A stretch of DNA of 64,000 nt from Methyloligellaceae bacterium (lineage in GTDB: Bacteria; Pseudomonadota; Alphaproteobacteria; Rhizobiales; CBDCYM01): NCBI GenBank assembly GCA_965224165.1, contig CBDCYM010000011.1:1522877-1586876 (forward strand). The letters run 5' to 3'. The position numbers and the translations under genes were made by a program. The notes beneath the pieces were generated by a model that saw only the letters and a program-made list of their open reading frames with translations, made no database searches and had not been told where the DNA came from. Of this stretch, positions 59,588-64,000 are shown in pieces (the first letter of the stretch is position 1; each line of letters opens with the position of its first letter).

Positions 59588-60265
59588 ATGACACAGCAAG
59601 CCACGGCTCGAAAAAGCATCAAGCAAAAGAATACGCAAAGGAAGCCAAATAAGAGGCCCAAACTCGGTGATGGCGCGCAAACACGCGCCTCCAACCGGCA
59701 TGCCCAACTTTTAGATGTGGCTGCGGAGCTTTTTGCGACAACCGGATTCCGAGGTACAACAATGCGGGACATTGCAGCCCGAACGAAAATGCTACCGGGC
59801 TCGATCTATTATCATTTTCCGTCAAAAGACCAGCTCCTCGTTGCCGTTTATGAGGAGGGGGTTAAGCGTCTTATGGCCCGCATTGATGAAGCCGATCCAG
59901 GGGTATCGAGCGAGCCGTGGTTACGTTTAGAGGCGATCCTTACGGCTCATCTCCAGTCTATCCTGGACGACTCTCCCTATGCACGGGTTCTTATTCGGGT
60001 CCTTCCCGATGTAACGCCAACGGTGTCTGAGCGTTTGATAGAGCTACGCGATTCTTACGAGCAAGTTATTGCTGATATTATTGCCGAATTGCCATTGGCT
60101 CCGGGATTTGACCAGCGGCTGCTTCGCCTTTTTCTTATTGGTGCTGCAAATCATGTCCACATTTGGCGACGTGAGGGACAACATTCACCTGAAAAGATTG
60201 CTGTTGAATTGGTTCGCATGTTCCGCCTGCCCGTTGGCGCGGAGGAGGGGAGATTTGAACAATGA
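59588..60265 (+). CDS. TetR/AcrR family transcriptional regulator
   Basis: N-terminal HTH LLDVAAELFATTGFRGTTMRDIAARTKMLPGSIYYHFPSKDQLL, 225 aa. Confidence 0.8.
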   Translation: MTQQATARKSIKQKNTQRKPNKRPKLGDGAQTRASNRHAQLLDVAAELFATTGFRGTTMRDIAARTKMLPGSIYYHFPSKDQLLVAVYEEGVKRLMARIDEADPGVSSEPWLRLEAILTAHLQSILDDSPYARVLIRVLPDVTPTVSERLIELRDSYEQVIADIIAELPLAPGFDQRLLRLFLIGAANHVHIWRREGQHSPEKIAVELVRMFRLPVGAEEGRFEQ

Positions 60266-60681
60266 TGGATTATCCTGAGCGGGTGCTTATCACCAAGATC
60301 GGCCTTGATGGTCACGACCGTGGCTCCCGCATCGTTGCCGCTTACCTGCGCGATGCGGGCATGGAGGTGATTTACACACCGCCCTGGCAAGCCATTGATG
60401 CCGTTGTTGCTCTCGCAATGCAAGAAGACGTGGATGTAATCGGTGTGAGTTCACTTGCCACCGACCACCTGATTGTCCCGGATCTTATGGCAGCCCTGAA
60501 AGCTGCTAAGCTTGAGCATATAGGTGTGATCGTTGGGGGTATTGTGCCGGACACGGAGCATGCCATGCTTGAACAAGCCGGCGTGCACAAAATTTTTGAG
60601 CCCGGTGTTGCCCGGAGAGAGATTGTCGAGGCTGTCCGTATGTTAGCTAAAGACGCCCGCCGCGCACGGGAATTTGCGTGA
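60262..60681 (+). CDS. cobalamin-binding (B12) small subunit of a split acyl-CoA mutase (methylmalonyl-CoA mutase family)
   Basis: B12-binding motif DGHDRG (DxHxxG) in a Rossmann-like domain, 139 aa. Its start overlaps the TetR stop and its stop overlaps the large-subunit start. Confidence 0.8.
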   Translation: MMDYPERVLITKIGLDGHDRGSRIVAAYLRDAGMEVIYTPPWQAIDAVVALAMQEDVDVIGVSSLATDHLIVPDLMAALKAAKLEHIGVIVGGIVPDTEHAMLEQAGVHKIFEPGVARREIVEAVRMLAKDARRAREFA

Positions 60682-62372
60682 GGAGAGACCCAATGAATGA
60701 GATGCCACACCAACTTAAAGACGCGGAATTTAAGGATAGGCGGGAGCAATGGCAAAGCGACTACGATCGCCAGATTGGATCAGATAAGCAGGTGAAAAAC
60801 CGGTCAGGTTTTGAGATTAATCCGCTTTACACATCTGCTGACTGGTCGGACGCACGTTATTCCGAAGACCTGGGGTTTCCAGGTCAGGAACCTTTTACCC
60901 GCGGAATTTATCCAACCATGCACCGCGGGCGAACTTGGACACAACGCCAGCTCATCGGGCTGGGAACGCCGCAAGATTATAATGAGCGAGTTAAAAAGCT
61001 TCTCGATCTTGGCACGACGGCAATCAGTCTTATTCCCTGTAACTCAGGCTTTCGCGGTGTGGACTGCGATGAGGTTCCGACGGCGTTGCTTGGTACTTGT
61101 GGGACGGTCGTCAACACATTGGATCATATGGATCAAGCCCTAAGCGACGTGCCTATCGATCGGATCTCGACGGCCATGAATGACCCGTCTCCTTTTACCT
61201 TATTTGCGTTTCTTTTGGGCGTGGCTAAGCGGCGCGGTATTTCTTGGAACAAAGTGACAGGCACCGCCAATCAATCCGACTATATTTCGCATTTCGTCGC
61301 CAATCACATGTTTTTCCGCTTGTCATTACCGGGAGCTAGGCGCGTGTTTCTTGATCACGTTGCGTTTTGCCGGGAGCATGTGCCGGGTTGGAATCCGGTT
61401 TCAGTTGTTGGGCAGCACATGCAACAAGCGGGTGCCACACCGGCCGAGGCCATGGGCTTTGCGCTCTCAACGGCAATTCAATATGCGGGTGATTGCATAG
61501 ATCGTGGCATGGATCCCGATATGGTTTTGTCGCGTTTTACATTTTTCTTCGATATTTCGATTTCATTTTTTGAGGAGATAGCCAAGTTCCGCGCGGGGCG
61601 ACGCATTTGGGCACGCATTGCGCGGGAAAGACTTGGTGCAAAAGATCCGAAATGCTGGAGGTTCAAATTCCATGCCCAAACGTCCGGTGTGGATCTGACG
61701 CGGCAGCAACCGCTGAATAACATCGCACGCGTTACCACACAAGCCATTGCGGGGATCTTAGGCGGGCTGCAATCCCTGCACACCGACAGCTATGATGAAG
61801 TCATTGCCGTGCCAACCGAAGAGCCAGCAAAAATTGCCGTCGCAACGCAAAATATTTTGCGCGAAGAAGCCCATCTCTGCGATGTCATCGATCCCCTTGG
61901 CGGTTCCTATTATGTGGAAGCCCTGACTAATCAAATGGAAGAAAAAATTCTTGAGGTCATAGAGATAGTCGACAAAGCCGGTGGGATGTACCAGGCGGTG
62001 GAGGGTGGTTTGGTTCAGCGCATGTGCGGCGCATCAGCCCTGGCTTATCAGGAAAAGGTCGACCGCGGTGAAGAAAAAATTGTCGGTGTCAATTGTTATA
62101 CCGATACGGAGGATGAAACAGAGCCGCCGCCTTATCGACCTGACCGGCCAGCGATGGAGGCCCATGTTGCCGCCTTCAAAGCCTATAAAGCTGAGCGAGA
62201 CAACCACGCTGTAACAACAGCTATCGATGCGCTTTCCAAGGGAGCTAAGAGCGAGACGGAAAATATTTTCGCCCGTATTGTGGAGGCGGCTGAAGCAGGG
62301 GTCACACATGGCGAAATCATCTCCCGGTTGCGAGAGGATCTCGGAGACGGCCAGCCTTTGATTGTTGCTTAA
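60678..62372 (+). CDS. acyl-CoA mutase large (substrate-binding TIM-barrel) subunit, methylmalonyl-CoA mutase family
   Basis: 564 aa with the methylmalonyl-CoA mutase N-terminal-domain pattern (…[19 protein letters not shown]…). It lacks a fused B12 domain. Confidence 0.85.
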   Translation: MRRDPMNEMPHQLKDAEFKDRREQWQSDYDRQIGSDKQVKNRSGFEINPLYTSADWSDARYSEDLGFPGQEPFTRGIYPTMHRGRTWTQRQLIGLGTPQDYNERVKKLLDLGTTAISLIPCNSGFRGVDCDEVPTALLGTCGTVVNTLDHMDQALSDVPIDRISTAMNDPSPFTLFAFLLGVAKRRGISWNKVTGTANQSDYISHFVANHMFFRLSLPGARRVFLDHVAFCREHVPGWNPVSVVGQHMQQAGATPAEAMGFALSTAIQYAGDCIDRGMDPDMVLSRFTFFFDISISFFEEIAKFRAGRRIWARIARERLGAKDPKCWRFKFHAQTSGVDLTRQQPLNNIARVTTQAIAGILGGLQSLHTDSYDEVIAVPTEEPAKIAVATQNILREEAHLCDVIDPLGGSYYVEALTNQMEEKILEVIEIVDKAGGMYQAVEGGLVQRMCGASALAYQEKVDRGEEKIVGVNCYTDTEDETEPPPYRPDRPAMEAHVAAFKAYKAERDNHAVTTAIDALSKGAKSETENIFARIVEAAEAGVTHGEIISRLREDLGDGQPLIVA

Positions 62373-62699
62373 CCTGTGTGTGGACGGTGGAGTTGTAGGC
62401 AAGCGATGTTTCTCCGAAGTTACTACAGACCCTGGTCATCCCCACGAAGGTGGTGATCCAAATGTGAAGTTACTTTAAGAAAGAGTGTATGTTTGAGCCA
62501 AAAGGATCGTTGAAATTTGTTTGCTTAGGATGGGTATATTCAAACGAAAGAATAGAGAAGCTTGGACAGGCCGATTTAGATTCCCGCCTTCGCGCATTGG
62601 TGTCCGGGGAATTTTTAGGTGAAGGTGAAAAGTGGTTGATATAAAAAGACATAACGCTATCTTGGAGTATCGGGACTTGGTTCTGACGGTGCCACTTGC

Positions 62700-62880
62700 G
62701 CTCCTTCCCCCTCGAGGGGGGAAGGCCAAACGCCACTGGCTTAGCCCCTCAGGGCTAAGGCGCATGGTGTTTGGGATGGGGGTGACGGTGACGGAGGCAG
62801 ATTCAAGTGTATAGGTTTTCTCATGAATCCCCCCCACCCGGCACTCCGTGCCGACCTCCCCCTCCAGGGGGGAGGTTATT
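62700..62880. repeat. Cluster of four GC-rich perfect or near-perfect palindromes (cttccccctcgaggggggaag; cttagcccctcagggctaag; cggcactccgtgccg; cctccccctccaggggggagg) in the gap between the mutase and meaB
   Basis: Read directly from the sequence. The run-of-C then run-of-G stems resemble REP/MITE-type hairpins. Confidence 0.5.
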
Positions 62881-63084
62881 GGAGTATGCTGTCAAACCTC
62901 ACGACACGACAAGTGGAGATGCATTTCCAAATTTTCCCGGACAGCAGTGCGCCTTCGCGGGAATGACGAAGTTTGTGGCAAATCTGCTGATAAATTTCAT
63001 TCTGTTCTCATCTATAGCTAAGCTCAATCCTAACAAAGCAGATATAGTTTCTTATCCATATAAATCGGGTTTTCTTAGGTGGAG

Positions 63085-64000
63085 ATGGAACAAACCAAAT
63101 TAACGCCCATCGTGCGTTTGGCAGAAGCTGTTCTTGACGGTGATATTGGAGCTCTTGCCCGTGCGATTACACTTGTTGAAAACCACCAGCCAGGTTCGGA
63201 CGAGCTGTTAAGTATGCTTCGTCCTAAAGCTGAGGGGGGTGCCATCATCGGCATTACCGGTCCACCAGGTGCGGGGAAATCAACGCTTGTTGATGCTTTG
63301 ATCAAAGAGGTCCGCCAGACCGGTCGGAAAGTGATGGTGCTGGCTGTTGATCCCTCAAGTCCCATCACCGGTGGGGCGTTACTAGGCGATCGCACCAGGA
63401 TGGGGTCACACAGTGTTGATAGCGGTGTTTTTATTCGCTCTCTCTCCTCACGCGGCTATCTTGGCGGATTGTCAGAGGCTACTTTCGATGTCATTGATCT
63501 GGTGAATTCCGCCGGTTGGGATATGACGATTATCGAAACGGTGGGCGCTGGGCAATCAGAAACCGATCTCGCGGCCGTGGCGGATATTAAACTCTTGGTT
63601 TTGCCACCAGGCCTTGGAGATGAGGTTCAGGCGATCAAAGCCGGCATTCTTGAAATTGCGGATATCTTGGTGGTCAATAAAGCCGATAGAGAAGGTGCCG
63701 ATCAGTTGGTGCGTCAGCTTCAGGGCATGCTGGATCTGAGACCCGAAGATGAGCAGAGGGTTGAGATATTAAAAACTATTGCGACGGAAGGCGAAGGTGT
63801 TGCCGAACTTCTGATGGCGATTGAAGGATGTGTGTCGTCATCTGAGGAAGGTGACTTACGCAAACGCCAGATCGCCCGTACACGTGCCGCCCTGGCAGGA
63901 TTAACAGCGGATCTGGTCCGCCGCAGGATAGATGATGAAACAGATCCTGCGTTAGAAGGCGTGTTGACGGATATTGTTGATGGCCGTGTCACGCTTCGTG
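63085..64000 (+). CDS. meaB: methylmalonyl-CoA-mutase-associated GTPase MeaB/ArgK (G-protein chaperone), 3'-partial at the window end
   Basis: Walker A GITGPPGAGKST after an RBS aggtggag; MeaB-like N-terminal region. The frame is open to nt 64000. Confidence 0.85.
   Translation, partial: MEQTKLTPIVRLAEAVLDGDIGALARAITLVENHQPGSDELLSMLRPKAEGGAIIGITGPPGAGKSTLVDALIKEVRQTGRKVMVLAVDPSSPITGGALLGDRTRMGSHSVDSGVFIRSLSSRGYLGGLSEATFDVIDLVNSAGWDMTIIETVGAGQSETDLAAVADIKLLVLPPGLGDEVQAIKAGILEIADILVVNKADREGADQLVRQLQGMLDLRPEDEQRVEILKTIATEGEGVAELLMAIEGCVSSSEEGDLRKRQIARTRAALAGLTADLVRRRIDDETDPALEGVLTDIVDGRVTLR

Noticed and set aside
1-64000. CRISPR arrays, rRNA genes, integrase/transposase genes, prophage blocks
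   Set aside because: No regularly spaced short direct repeats, no rRNA-like sequence, and no recombinase-like ORF were seen. Mobile DNA in this window is limited to non-autonomous repeat elements and the higBA module.

Overview
This 64-kb window looks like alphaproteobacterial chromosome. GC content is roughly 50%, and gene order and content resemble the Rhizobiales. Most of it is conserved housekeeping genes. A pyruvate dehydrogenase cluster is on the + strand (pdhA, pdhB with an N-terminal lipoyl domain, pdhC, lpd, lipA), preceded by an ftsB-like gene. A queuosine-precursor operon is on the - strand (queC, queE, queD). The other housekeeping genes are parE, dnaE, uvrD/pcrA, rpoH, rluD, prmA, gshA (plant-type GCS2), rsmE, an AsmA-family giant protein, a ClC channel, an FAD-linked oxidase, an acyl-CoA synthetase, an aminotransferase, CinA, UspA and a FetAB-like ABC exporter. 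A TetR gene is followed by a split B12-dependent acyl-CoA mutase and meaB, running off the 3' end of the window. Two RNA genes are callable: a canonical tRNA-Glu(CUC) on the - strand at 19821-19896, and a degenerate tRNA-like cloverleaf at 33280-33351. Several features look accessory. (i) A long palindromic repeat family occurs three times, each copy a roughly 110-bp hairpin with arms of about 47 bp, all intergenic. (ii) A second two-hairpin repeat occurs twice, and its two copies differ by compensatory stem changes. (iii) A higB-higA toxin-antitoxin pair sits inside the queC-queE-queD operon. (iv) An accessory region at about 28.6-33.8 kb holds both repeat families, an orphan terminator, two AT-rich hypothetical genes, an SPFH protein, a roughly 290-nt GC-rich candidate structured RNA with two C(UUCG)G tetraloops, and the tRNA-like element. 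(v) Two coding tandem repeats are present: 21-bp units in the asmA C-terminus and a 24-bp duplication in the ABC ATPase. No CRISPR array, rRNA or obvious transposase/integrase gene is visible. Product calls rest on motifs I recognise in the translations. Domain names for the hypothetical proteins are tentative.
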